Assembly: GCA_973895155.1 (NCBI GenBank)
Contig: OZ316894.1
Span: 26,962,340 to 27,026,339 of the forward strand
DNA length: 64,000 nt
From: Marsupella aquatica
Lineage: Eukaryota > Plantae > Marchantiophyta
Direction of reading: 5' to 3'
This document shows, in pieces, positions 1 to 11,900 of this stretch (within the stretch, counting starts at the first letter, position 1; the number at the start of each line of letters is the position of its first letter). Both the position numbers and the translations under genes were made by a program. The notes under the pieces are model-generated. The model worked only from the letters and a program-made list of their open reading frames with translations. It did not search any database and had not been told where the DNA came from.

Positions 1-1413
1 GATGATCACGCATTGAGAGAGAACAAAACCAAACCTCAGAATAAAATATATGATAGTCAAAATTGACTCTGTTTTTGCCAAAGAATTGAATTAAGCGAGA
101 GACCATTTGCAACGCTCTCTTTGTGCTTGTCTAATGCAAATAAGCTCGTAACAATTGAAGCATATGATAACCGTCTAAATCCTCTATTAACTAATAACAT
201 TACTCTACTTTGCCCCCACGGAACGAAGCGATTTTCCAGCTCACATTGGACCAGGCTCAAAATACTCTTGAGGACTCTGTGTTATATCGTGCTTCACCTA
301 TAACTCACCAAAGAGTGAAACAATTTTGAGAGCATTAAGAGACGACAGCCCCCAGCCCCTGTCCAACAGTCCAACCTCTCGGGGCTATTTTCATCTGGTT
401 TACAATCTGTGCTGACCAAATCAGGTACATTCACAATAAATTTCTTTTCTTCAGACTTTGCAGAGGGTACTCACCATCAAAGCTCAGTTCGAGTTCAATG
501 CCATAGTGGTTCCACACATCATTGATTTTTGGGGGGTCTTGTGTTGGTCCAAATATCGAATGAGATTATAGTGAAGGGCCCAATGGGCCTGCTCACTAGG
601 GAGAGTTGTCTAGAGAATGGAACAAATGCAGCAAGGGAGCCAACCAGAGCTCCGTAGACATCGGCGAGGAACCGTGGATGTCTCTGCCAAAATTTACTAC
701 CACTCTGCCCACGCTACAGTCGTGGAGACGGCAAGACCCTTGAGGTGAGCATTCACTTGTTTTTCACAAGAAGAGATTGACACTTGGCTTCTGGTTGGTA
801 GTTATGGAGCCTGTATATATCTTCTCTGCACAGCGCGTGCAATGAGGCCGGTCTTCAGGCCATTTCAGGGTATTTAGGGAGCGCGGTGCATGGTCTCCTA
901 CATGCAGTGCACGGTCTCAACGTTTCAACATTTGGACTCCCACAACATTATTATTAAAACCTTTAAACTCCGCTAGTATTGATTAGGGTGACTTACGGGT
1001 GGTTGCCGTAGGCTCCCATAACATTATTTTTTAAGTGTTCATACACCACTAGCATTCATTGTGACTCACTTGTAGTCCCGCACTCCCATAACATTTCCAA
1101 TAAAAGTCTTTTGCAGCTATAACATTCATGTTGAAACCATTGGACTTCGTTAGCATCAAAAGTGTCACCATTCAATTAGGTTCGTGAGAAATACAAAGGA
1201 AACAAAGCTTGGTCAATGCTTCTAGAATTCCTGTACCAGCCTTCAATCTGGTTCAATTCTTTAATGTGCTCGTCACCTTCAAATTCCCTTCTGCATTATT
1301 GTTGGGTCAGTATTTTGGTCGGGAAGCATTGGCCTTCGAGAATTCCTGTTGCTGGCCTTCAATCTGGTCCTTGACTGTGCTCGCCACCTCCAAATTCCCT
1401 TCAATCTGCATCT

Positions 1414-1705
1414 TGAATCTTGCGTCGCTTGGATGGCATACTGATGTCGTCAATAATTGCAGCAAGTGATGGATTAGAGTCGTTGTTGGATGCAATCTTC
1501 GAGCGAAGGCGTTTCCGAATGGTTACGGTTTTTATGCTTACTGGTGGCAGTGCAGCGTGAATCTTGTGTTGCTTGGATGGCGTACTGACGTTGTCAATAA
1601 TTGCAGCAAGTGATGGATTCGAGTCGTTGTTGGATGCAGTCTTCGAGCAAAGGCGTTTCCGAATGGTTGCGTTATTGATGCTTACTGGTGGCAGTGGCGT
1701 GGCGT
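1414..1705. repeat. Tandem duplication, ~144-bp unit x2
   Basis: TGAATCTTG(C/T)GT(C/T)GCTTGGATGGC...TGGTGGCAGTG starts at ~1414 and again at ~1558. Confidence 0.85.
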
Positions 1706-2132
1706 GGTTTCAGGCCGAGTGTGCAGTGATGGAGCTTCTCTTCTATACAACATCCATGGTTGCGGTATTCATGCCTTGCTACTCACCTCCATCTGTGTTA
1801 CAACTCCATTCAGACACTCCTAGGACCCAAATTGCCTTCACTGTCCAACCCACCATACAAGACTCTTATGTAAAGGCTGTGTCTCACATGCAATGCATGG
1901 TATGTCTCCAAGTTTCAGCATATGGACTCCCACAACATTTCTGGTTAAAGTGGAGGCTCCCATAACATTTCCGGTTAAACCGTAGACTCCCATAGCTTTC
2001 ATGTTGAAACCTTTAAACTCCGTTAGCATCAAATGTGTCACCATTCAATTTTGGACGTGGGAAATGAGATACAAATTAAAGAAGACCAGGCTTCCTGACT
2101 AGAACTAATTCACTCTATACAGTTGTGATATA

Positions 2133-3098
2133 TTATTTACTCTCTAGACTCAATGCTAATCCACACCCGGGTCTATGCCCGATCCGCCTCAAACTCTTGG
2201 GCCCGTAATGCCAAGTGTTGTAATTCAGCTTCCTCCCGTTGTTGCTGCTCCTCAGCCTACGCCTGCCAAAAAGCTGCCTTCTGCCTTGCCTTATACTCCA
2301 CCCCTTGGCACACTTGTAGGACCTTGCGATCCGGCCGTTCCTTTTGATGTGTGGGATGTCGAGTTCCTGCTTCACGAATGTTGAATTGTGTTACCAGGTT
2401 GTCAAAATAATGGGGCCGTGATGCAAAACACGCGACCGGTAAGTGCCTGTAGGAGAAGCAAAAACAACACTGACCGTAGATTCCTGCCCACGTAGTCAAA
2501 GAGGATAGTAGACACCTCGGAGTCACTAAGCCGTTGGGAAAATCTTGAGTGTGGATTCCACCAGAGCTGAAATGTGATGATGCTCAACACCGGAGGCTAG
2601 CTTAGCCCGAGTAAATTTACCCACCGGCGCCTCAATGAACTTGATAAATTCATAGATCACCGAGTCGCCCCATTTGATGTAGATAGATTCCAACTGCTTG
2701 AAGTCTGGTTGGTTACACGGGTCAAAGTTTGCTTTGTAGTCATTCACTATGGCATGTTTGTCAAGTGCCTTGAGAGGAGATCTTTGGAGCAGTTGTCGTT
2801 GGATGTCTTCCCCCAAGTTGGCGTTGAATTGAACCACAAAGAGAGCATTACTTAGGCAATTCGTCGTGGAGTCCCAACTTAATCCCATTCTCCTGGTTGA
2901 AAGCTGACAGCCAATCTCTAGCCTGCCAGGAATTGAATTCCGATTCAAAGCCTAGTACCACCTTATTCCTAAAAATCCGTTGGCTACCCAGCTGTAGAAT
3001 CTCCATGGGGGATGCAGAAGATTTCCTCATTGTCGGCCGTGGGAATACTAGGTGGGTTAAGATTCTTCAGGTGGACAGGTCCACGGGAGGTGGCCTCT
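2133..3098 (-). pseudogene. Decayed L1-type LINE ORF1 (DUF4283-like region + CCHC zinc knuckle)
   Basis: Frameshifted pieces: LFVVQF...RQLLQRSPLKALDKHAIVNDYKANFDP (ORF 2526-2948) resembles the plant LINE ORF1 'F..F.....GPW..DKH......FDP' pattern. CCFCFSYRHLPVAC (ORF 2257-2526) is CX2CX4HX4C. Confidence 0.65.
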
Positions 3099-4209
3099 TG
3101 TCACTTGCCTCTCCAACGGTTAATACGTGCAAACCGCACTTTTCTTCGCTTAAACCGTTGGTATCGTATTACGGGGTCGTGGAGGGACGCTATTTGGATT
3201 CTTTTCACACCAGGATGAGTATTTTGGTTTCCGCTCCCGGAAATGTAGGTTTTGATCAAGTCTACCGACTACCCTCACCCCACAGCTTTTGATCAAGTCC
3301 TGCCGACTACCCCACTACACCTTCACTCGGAGTCACCCAAAGAGTGCTGTCACCACCCCTACTCACAAGGCCGACTCAAACCAAGCAAGTTTCTTCAAAT
3401 CATAGAACGGGAGAACACAATTCGGAAAGCGAAAAAGGGAGAAGGAACACACAACAAAAGCCCATCAAGTCAAATGTACAGATCCATATCTCTTGGGAAA
3501 AACGATACACATTGCATGAGTAACCCGGCCTCCTGCCGTCTACTCAACTCCTGCCTCTCCGGACAATGAGTATGGCTCCCCCTCACTACTCTGAACACGC
3601 TTTCAAACTCCTCAGGCTCCACTCTATCCCTCCTTGCTAACTTCACACTGAGTCCCCCTAACTACTTCGGGGCTATCCCCCTAAATACTGAAAAATCACA
3701 CCAAAGCACCCCTCACAGGGTCACAACGGTGGCGGCTACCCTAGCGGCGCCGCTAAAACCTTGCACTAAGAGAAATCCTTAAACTGAAGAGGAGCATGCG
3801 GCACACACATGCTGCTAAAACCCTAAACCCAAAACAAGGGGGCCGACGGTGCCTTCGACGGCGCCCCAACAGTACACGTGAACCCTGAAAGTGAGAGGCA
3901 CCCCAAAATGGCCGAAACTAGGTGCCCTTCCAAGTGCACACCTGAGCTCACCCCTGGATAGCTCTTCTTTTCCTGCTTCCGAATCACTAAGTCGCTCCCT
4001 CAACGGACTTCAGACGCCTGAGTTATGGCCGTTTCCGTACCGCAAAAACATAAGTTCTCCAGGCCATAACTTGCTCATCCTGGCTCCGTTTGAGGAGCGC
4101 CGCCTCTTGTTGGAATCAGCTCCGCGAGCTCATCCCAACAAGCCCATGAGTGACCCCCCACTAAAATGTTGGAAATCTGGAGGCCGTACACCCACGTCCG
4201 TACGCCTAT

Positions 4210-6066
4210 CTAATCCTCCTCTTCTTCTTCGCTCTCGGTGCCCGGACTTGTGCCCCGTGAGTGGTCCTCCTCCTCATCACTCACGGGAGTGAGTGCCACC
4301 GTACTTTTCTTCTTCTTCGACGGAGTACTCTTAGTGCTGCTGCTCCCGCGCTTCCTCAAAGCAGCCAAGGCCTGCCACGCCTTGATGTACCCCTCACCAA
4401 TTGTGTCCTTCCAGAGGGTAGCCTCTTCTCCGGACCGCAACTCCAACGGTAGAACTTGCCCCGTGGCCATGGGAGTCCCGGGGGTGACAGACCTGGGTGG
4501 CATCCCCGTACTGACCTGAGCCTCCCGTAACGATTTCCGTACCTCCCGGAGCTTCTTCTCCAAGCTCTTACTCTTCTCCTGACTCTTCTTGGCTCCATCC
4601 AACAAGGGTCCATACTTCCCACTAACCTCCTTCACCACCATCTCGATAGCTTGGGAGATCACATCCGGGGAAAGTGTGGAGCCAGGTGTGCCGGGACTCT
4701 TCCGTTTCCCTAGACTCAGGGCCTCACTTCTCTTCGCTCGTGTCTCAAAGGCTGCCACCTGACTCCGTAGTGCTCCCACCTGGTTCCTCCACTCCATCAC
4801 TTCTCCAGAATTTTGCTTCTCTTTGGCCAATGCTTGCCTCAACGCTCCTACCTCGTCTGCGTCCTTGGCCTTGGTGGACAAAGCTCCCTTCAAGTTGGTG
4901 ATCTCTACGTGAGCTGCATTGATGTGCCTGACCTTCTCATGAATGGTCTGCTCCTTGGTCTTGATCACCTCCTTCAGTGACAGGATGCTCTGCTCTAACG
5001 TCTCTACTTTGACTGTGGCGTGCTTGAGAGACTCCCTCAATGCGTGGACTAGCTTGAGTCCCTCGTGGACTCCCTCTCTGAAATCCCGTAGCTCTGCCAA
5101 GTAAACATCCGGAATGTTGTATTCCAGAGGCTGTTTCGGATCTCCCACGAGTGATTCAAGCCACTCCAATGTGCAATCATCCTCCTGGTTCTCTTCTTCT
5201 CTATTATCCTCCCCACCAGCAGACAATGATTCCTCCGTGAGCTTCCCTAAAACGGTAGTGGCAATACTCCGGATCTCCGTGGTGAGAGATGATCCCGTGT
5301 CTTCATGCCCCGGAGAACCAATCAACCCTTCTGCCCTGGCCAATACAAATGACCCCATCAAATGTACAGCCCCACCTGGTTTCACACTCCCGGGCTCAGC
5401 GGCCAATAGCTTCTTCAATCCGTAGCACCACCATCCGTACACATGGGCTGGGTAGTTCTTGATGTCCATAGCTACCACGAAATGCTCCTCATTCAGCACT
5501 CCGGATTGCACGTTGCCAAGAACCCGTTGATGCACCTTGGCCAGGAAGCCCTTATACTCAACATCCTTGACAGCAGAAAGAGGGATGGCGGTGGTGGAGG
5601 TAGGATTGGTCACCCAAGTGGCCACCATTTTCAACGTGAGTTCTCCCCTGATATTCCGAGGTGTGAATGAGAATTTCTGATTCTCAAGAAACAATAGCTT
5701 AGCCAACTCCACATGGGGCACTACACGTTTGAGACATTCAAAGTAGATTCCCTCCGTTCGGAACTCCATCCCGGCCTCAATGTCCCAGCTCTTCCCTGAA
5801 GGGATGGTAATCTCCACCTTCATGAATTCTGTAAGCCCGGTGGCTTGGAAAATGTTCCGACAATCCTCCATCACCTTGGTGGAGGTCTTGGGATAAATTC
5901 GACGAAAAATCTTCCTACCCACCGGTGAGGAACCCGCTGCCAATCCCGTGCTCATCATAACTTCTCTCTCTTCCCTTTCCCGTGTAATCCGAGTCTCCAC
6001 GTAGTCACGGTAAGCAGCCTTGTATCTCCGAATGCGTGACGCACTAAACTCTGGTTGATCTAGCAT
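4210..6066 (-). CDS. 618-aa retroelement-associated protein: globular N-terminus, central coiled coil, basic then acidic C-terminal tail
   Basis: Uninterrupted ATG-started ORF. Heptad-like segment VETLEQSILSLKEVIKTKEQ; tail KKKKS...EEEED. Architecture is like the LTR ORF at 9833-13481. Confidence 0.65.
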   Translation of the reverse strand: MLDQPEFSASRIRRYKAAYRDYVETRITREREEREVMMSTGLAAGSSPVGRKIFRRIYPKTSTKVMEDCRNIFQATGLTEFMKVEITIPSGKSWDIEAGMEFRTEGIYFECLKRVVPHVELAKLLFLENQKFSFTPRNIRGELTLKMVATWVTNPTSTTAIPLSAVKDVEYKGFLAKVHQRVLGNVQSGVLNEEHFVVAMDIKNYPAHVYGWWCYGLKKLLAAEPGSVKPGGAVHLMGSFVLARAEGLIGSPGHEDTGSSLTTEIRSIATTVLGKLTEESLSAGGEDNREEENQEDDCTLEWLESLVGDPKQPLEYNIPDVYLAELRDFREGVHEGLKLVHALRESLKHATVKVETLEQSILSLKEVIKTKEQTIHEKVRHINAAHVEITNLKGALSTKAKDADEVGALRQALAKEKQNSGEVMEWRNQVGALRSQVAAFETRAKRSEALSLGKRKSPGTPGSTLSPDVISQAIEMVVKEVSGKYGPLLDGAKKSQEKSKSLEKKLREVRKSLREAQVSTGMPPRSVTPGTPMATGQVLPLELRSGEEATLWKDTIGEGYIKAWQALAALRKRGSSSTKSTPSKKKKSTVALTPVSDEEEDHSRGTSPGTESEEEEED

Positions 6067-6490
6067 CCATGCATCCCGAAATCAATTTCTCAATCACCAA
6101 TCCCGTCACCCGTGGCAATGTCAATTCCCTGGCCCGAAACAGCCCCCGTAGCCCGATCACTTAAATTCTCTCAATTTCCCGTCACTACTCCGTGCGGCCG
6201 CCACTAATGCCTGGAAGAATGACGCCAGCAAGCCCCACTAATCCACCATGAAAGAGAGAGCTTCAAAAATAATTAGAATCTGGAGAGAGCTTCCGGCAAG
6301 AGAGAGAAGAACCCCGTTTTTGCTTTCGGCAATGAGAGGGTCGTGCAAAAGGAAGAGGGAAAGAAAAAGGAAGGAAAAAAAAATAGAACCGAAAAAACTC
6401 CTGGCGCCTTCGCCATGTGCCCCGGCCCATTTCTCGGGCCTTACCCTTGCGTCCTCCTGCGCGCGGCCCTATGCAGGGCGCGCGGCCATT

Positions 6491-6694
6491 CCTCCCGGCT
6501 CGCGGGAGGCCCTTCAACTCCCCCCCGCTCGCGTGATCCTCCCAGCTCGCGGGAGGCCCTTTAACTCCCCCCCGCTCGCGTGATCCTCCCAGCTCGCGGG
6601 AGGCCCTTTAACTCCCCCCCGCTCGCGTGATCCTCCCAGCTCGCGGGAGGCCCTTTAACTCCCCCCCGCTCGCGTGATCCTCCCAGCTCGCGGG
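6491..6694. repeat. 47-bp GC-rich tandem repeat, 4 full units plus a partial
   Basis: Unit CCTCCCAGCTCGCGGGAGGCCCTTTAACTCCCCCCCGCTCGCGTGAT starts at 6491, 6538, 6585, 6632 and 6679. Confidence 0.95.
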
Positions 6695-6699
6695 ACCTC

Positions 6700-6810
6700 A
6701 TTAATTGCCCGGGCACGCAGCCCTATGGGCTCGCGAGGCAGCCCCTTCAGCTCGCGGAGCCCCATTAATCGCCCGGGCACGCAGCCCTATGGGCTCGCGA
6801 GGCAGCCCCT
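6700..6810. repeat. Direct repeat of ~47 bp, period 64
   Basis: ATTAAT(T/C)GCCCGGGCACGCAGCCCTATGGGCTCGCGAGGCAGCCCCT at ~6700 and ~6764. Confidence 0.9.
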
Positions 6811-7611
6811 CTTTCTCTCGGACGGCCACTAATGGGACTCGCCCTCCTGAGGAGGGATTTATTTAAAAAAAAACCCCCCCCTCTCCTGACTTTGCAATGG
6901 GGGTCTCAACAATAGCTCTTGAAGCAAAACGGTAAGTCCTATGGGGCTGGTCCTGGCTAGTTTCAAGGTCCCAAAATATTTGCCCACTTAGGTCGCCGCA
7001 AATCTTAGAACTATTATGAGAGAAAGAATATAAAGTCACCTGGGGCATCATCAACCTATAATGACGGAATTAACTAAAAATTAAAAAATGGCTTATTTAC
7101 ATTGACTATTAACAAGGTATCGGCCTTTGCAACCAGTTATGTGTGACTTCCCGTGACGGGGTACCCGTCACACCTCTGTTGCATGGCGGTGGATTACATT
7201 TGTAGATTTCAATGAGGTTGGTTTAGACTTCCACTGCGAGTGGGCGCTGGCCATACCAAGACAAAACATTTTCATATTTTTTGACAGAGTGTGAAAGCAG
7301 CCTTCAAATTAACTTACTGCCACTTCTGTCGCATTATAGTTCTAGCTCTCCTGCTATCTTCCTTTGTACCCGTCTCTTCTCTCTTCTGGTTGGAATTGCT
7401 GCTCGACTTAGCATTTCCTTCATATCCGCGAGCGATGGCGGGCAATTTGCTCTCTGTAGCCACCGTACCGTAATCTATGCAAACCCCAAAAAGCTAACAA
7501 ACGTCCTGCAAATAGACGAATGCCTTTGGCCTCCCAAGACTGGCCAAGACACAAAAAACTGTTGAGCACCTCACGTCTTGCAATTTTCTTACGAGTTTTT
7601 GCTGGAAATCT

Positions 7612-7820
7612 CTTTCTACGATGACAGACCTTCATGGATACTTCTGTTAATCTGTGCAATTTCCAAGTGGACAGGAAAAATGAATTCAGGAATATATCAA
7701 CTATGTATAACAAGTGATTGTGTAATTCTGTCAAGCATTTTGTCCATAGCTTCCGATGGAGCTTGAGTTCAACGAGCATCACAAGTGCACTATCGGATGG
7801 CTTGTATATAATTATGTGCT
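7612..7820 (+). repeat. Dispersed repeat, second copy at ~14781-14994
   Basis: CTTTCTACGATGACAGACCTT...GGATGGCTTGTATATAATTATGTGCT occurs at both places in the same orientation. Confidence 0.85.
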
Positions 7821-8930
7821 TGAATGTGTGGCTGTTCTGATCATTTGCATTGATTAAAGACAAATTTTTCTCCTATCCCCAGTTCTAACTGAAAAACCCG
7901 TCATGTTAAAAGTCTGATGTCATTGGGTCCGAGGAGGAACAAGGAGTAGGGAATGTCGTCAACATGGAGCATAGTAAGTAACAAACCCAAGCCAAGACAA
8001 AGTGGGACTGAAAGAGTGCATGGCTCTGGCTCTCTGCTCTTCTACCACGACAAACATTTATGTGAGTGTGGGGGTGAAAAAAGATAAGTTCCATGTGTGT
8101 TTGCACTTAACTTTTTGGTTAAATACTCGCTCAACATGAGATTCTAAGTAAAAATAGACATTTGGGCTGTCCGGAACCCCCCTGCGCCTAGTTAATTTTC
8201 TTAGGGTGGGTTATCTTTTCAACTAATCCTATTAAATCAAAAGAAAACAGGCGCAGGGTTCCTGCCGGCTCAGCTCGCACTCGTACTTAAATCTGATAGT
8301 TAAAATCACTAACGATCTCTAGTTAGTGTCCGTCATTTTGCGAGTACTTCACTGGAAAGTTAAGTGCCAAAAATCTTGGAACTTAACTTTTTATAACTTG
8401 TTTCACCCTGCCGTCCTGTGAGTTGTTGTGTGGCAAGGTCAACACACCCACCACAGCAAAACTTTTTAGTTAGCTGCCATTTTGTTCGCTTTCAAGCTCT
8501 GAATCGATGCTTTGAGTTTGGCCCGGGCCAATGACTTGCCCCACCTACATCGTTTCTCCTTCACATAACTGTTTGCAAATTTTTTGGCCAATTCCGTGTC
8601 TTCATGCAACAGCAGAACCGAAGGTAGCTGCGCAACTTCGCAACGAGTGGCTGAGCGAGCCACTTGAAAATTGGCATTGGAATTGTTTGAGTCCTTTTGA
8701 GCAAGCGTTGTCGCAACACCGGTTAGTCAAATTGATGAATACCTCTTTTGATTCTTGCTCATTTGAGTTACCATGGTTGGAAGTTTCTATCGGGCCCCAC
8801 AAGAGCTGTGGAATAAACCAGAGCACACTACTGATTGGAATGAGGAAATTGGGATGGGGCTGCCGGCATTATTATCTACAGTATAAGTCTATCCTTCAAT
8901 TGCTCACGACAACCATTAGAATTGCCACAC

Positions 8931-11900
8931 TTTTGTGCGTCCCATGGCTCCCTAAACCCAAGAAACCCCCCACTCAAGCTGATTCCCGCAGGTTTCGCGC
9001 TTGGTGAGGCCGTTTCCGCGGCTTTTAGCGGCATGGGACGCTGCTAACCTTCTACTACTACTATTAACATTTACACACATATACTGGACAGATCCTTCAT
9101 CGGGTCATGAGATACGTAGCTGGCCTAATCTAGGCCTTCCCTTGTCTTCCCCTCCGTCTTGTTAGGTATGTTTGGATTCCGCCGCTGGAATGATCCCCAA
9201 TAGGCTTGGTTAAGCCGCTAAGACCTCTCTCAGCTCGACACATCCAACTCTCACTCCCCTACTTACTTTCCTTCCTCTATTAGTTGATGTGGGCACTCTT
9301 CACACAAGTTAATGCGACACACAAATAGCAAAATGACTCCTTTTGACTGAGTCATACCATGCACTTGCCATACAAACAGTACATCTCATACACAAGTTCT
9401 GCGAACTAAGCCGTGAGGCCAACTCTATTCAGCTCTTAGGCATGAGGAAACATGAATATACACAAGGGTCACTGTATGACTAACCGAGAGCTTCTCGTAC
9501 TACTTGATCCCAGCCCGGCTGGTGCAAACTAAAAACTTGCTAAAGAAGAGGCCCTGAGGTCCCCGCTGCCCAGGTACTTATCCTGGTAGTGGATCCGCCT
9601 AATTCTTTGCAGCGTAAGCCTAATCTATCCTACCTGAATCTACCTATGTACAGCGAGGCAGGAGCACAAGTGTTGCTCCTGCCAGTGGAACCGCAATCCC
9701 ACAAAGCTAAGTGTCAGGGCCGCTCCTGGTCCTGATCCTAATCCTAAACTTGGAGATCAGCGCCCGCCCTGCCCACTCACGCCTCCTCCCTCCACGTCCG
9801 CCCTTCCTAAAAGGAACGGCGCCCTTGCACCATCACGACACCGGTGGTGGATCCTCAATGGACGCCCCCAACGCTTCCTCCTCAGCCACTGCCGTAGGTT
9901 CGTTTCCTGACAGATTACCTGCCCTTGACTGAGTCAACTCTCCATCGGCCTGACTGGGTCCACCATCGGCATCGGCATCGGCTCGGGCATCATTCTCGGC
10001 TACGGCCTCAACCTCGGCTATGGTCTCCCCAGCTTGCTCAAGAGGCGGATCTGGGATATCGGCCTCATGATTGAGTAGTTCGGCTTGGGCCGCGCCATCC
10101 CCACCCTTGGTGATAGCGGGATCTATTGCCGTGTTCATGCCGGAGGTTGGTGCTGGGTCTACCTCCTTGGTCACCACGGCCAATGGAGTCGTATTACTAC
10201 TTGACCCTGAAGGTTTCCGCTTCTTCTTCTTTTCTGGTTCGGCAGCTGGTCCCTTCCCCTTCCCCCTTACTTTCGGCACTGGTGCAGGTGGTGCGGCTTG
10301 TTCTTCGGCCAGTACCACTCCTGGTAACTTGGTTGCCCCAATTGGAGTTGGGCCTGATGAAGACAAGCACTTAAATACTGCGGCTTGTTTCTTCAGCCGC
10401 TCTGTTTGGTTGTCGGCCCGCCGCTGTAGGTTCTCCATCTTCCTCGTGATTTCCTCCAACTCCTCTTGGGTCTCATCCAGGTCCTTGCACGCCTCCTCTA
10501 GCTCGTTTTTGGCTTCCTCCAATTCCCTCTTGGTGGTAGCCCCCTCCTCCCGGGTTGCTCTTAGCTCCTTGTCGAGCTCCGCTACGACCTCAGACTCCAT
10601 CTGGTTCATCTTGGCGTAAGTCTGATCGAGCATCTCGTCCTTCTCCCGTAGGTCGGCCTTGAAGCTGGCCGTTAGGGATGCAAGCTCCTGCTGTAGCGCA
10701 ATAATCCCTTGATAGGATTTCCCTAACTCGGCCTCCTTCTACTCAAGGGCTCCGCGGATTTTCTCAAGCTCCCCCTTCAACGCCCATTCCTTTCTTTGGG
10801 TCTCCGCCATGGCCCGGTTGTTGGCTGTTATGTGGGCCTCCTCTGCATTCCTCAGCTCCTTCTTCCACTTCTCCCTCTCTTTGATCGCGTCGGCCAATTC
10901 TCCCTGGGTCCGCGTCAATAGATTCTCGATCATCCGATTATCAGCCTGCGCGGTGTCCAACTGGCCCTGCATGATGTTCAGCTCATGCCGTTTAATCCGC
11001 AGCTCATCTTGGGCTTTCTTGGCCACCCTTAGATCTTTGATTTCGGCTTCCCTTTCCCTAAGCCGATGGATGACCTCGTCCTTCTTGCTTCTTTCCAAGG
11101 CCACCGCTTCTTCTAATTTGCGCTTCTCCAACATCTCCCTCTGGAAAAAGGGTCCCTGCTCCAACTCCCCAAATATGCTGAGCGCCAGTTCTCCACACAT
11201 CTCCCCGTACTCCATGGCTCTGTCTTTAGCATAGGTGGAGGAAGTAGAAGTCATCGGCATCATCCACCGCGGCCTCTGCTCCCAAGCCGTCTTGCGGATC
11301 TCTTCAATCGTGGCTAGACGTTTGCCTCCTTTTTCGGCTAGCCGCTTGATGTCCTCCGGCCAATCTCCTCCTGGCAAATCCTTTTCTCTAGCCAGGGCTG
11401 CCTCCTCTTCCTTCCTGATTCGCTCCTGAAATTCCTGCGCCGTCTGTTTTATGCCGTCAAAGCTCGGGGGAGCAACATCTGGTGGGGGAGACTCAGGGCT
11501 ACTCTGCTGGTTGGGGTCCCCTCGTACTACCCTTGGAAGTGTGGGGATAAACCGGCCACAGGTCCTTACTCCTGGAACGTGATGGTCCGACCCATAGCCG
11601 GAGTTATCATGGCTGCAGTCCTCCACTGCCTCCTCTACTTCTTGTACTTCCGGCTTCTTCCTCTTCTCTTCGTCCGTAGGAGCTTCAGGCAATTCTGCCT
11701 CAGATTCAGAGCTTGAGACTCCCACGTACATTCGAACACCCGGCTTGGATTTTGGCCTGATTCTCTCCTTGTCTCCAGTAGAGGGGTTTTCCCTTGTAAG
11801 CCGGTGTAGGCCTACCTCTGCAGCAGTGTCCTGCATTGTTGCCGTTGCCGTTGTCGTTGTCGTCGCCGATGCCGATCTCTTTTCTTTCTCCAGTAGTTTC

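Larger units (their letters stand above)
3099..7172 (-). mobile_element. Candidate second large LTR-like unit (possible solo LTR) containing a long ORF
   Basis: Ends TGTCAC (3099) ... GTCACA (7172), flanked by CCTCT at 3094-3098 and 7173-7177. It contains a 618-aa ORF and GC-rich tandem repeats. An alternative left end is TGTAG at 3244, without a TSD match. Confidence 0.4.

Noticed and set aside
6491-6694. Regular repeats as a CRISPR array (also 14989-15478)
   Set aside because: Units are head-to-tail with no unique spacers, there are no cas genes, and the context is eukaryotic.
8466-8930. Coding sequence interrupted by the solo LTR and continuing at 13602-13780
   Set aside because: Frames can be joined across the TSD but no family motif is recognisable, so it is left uncalled.
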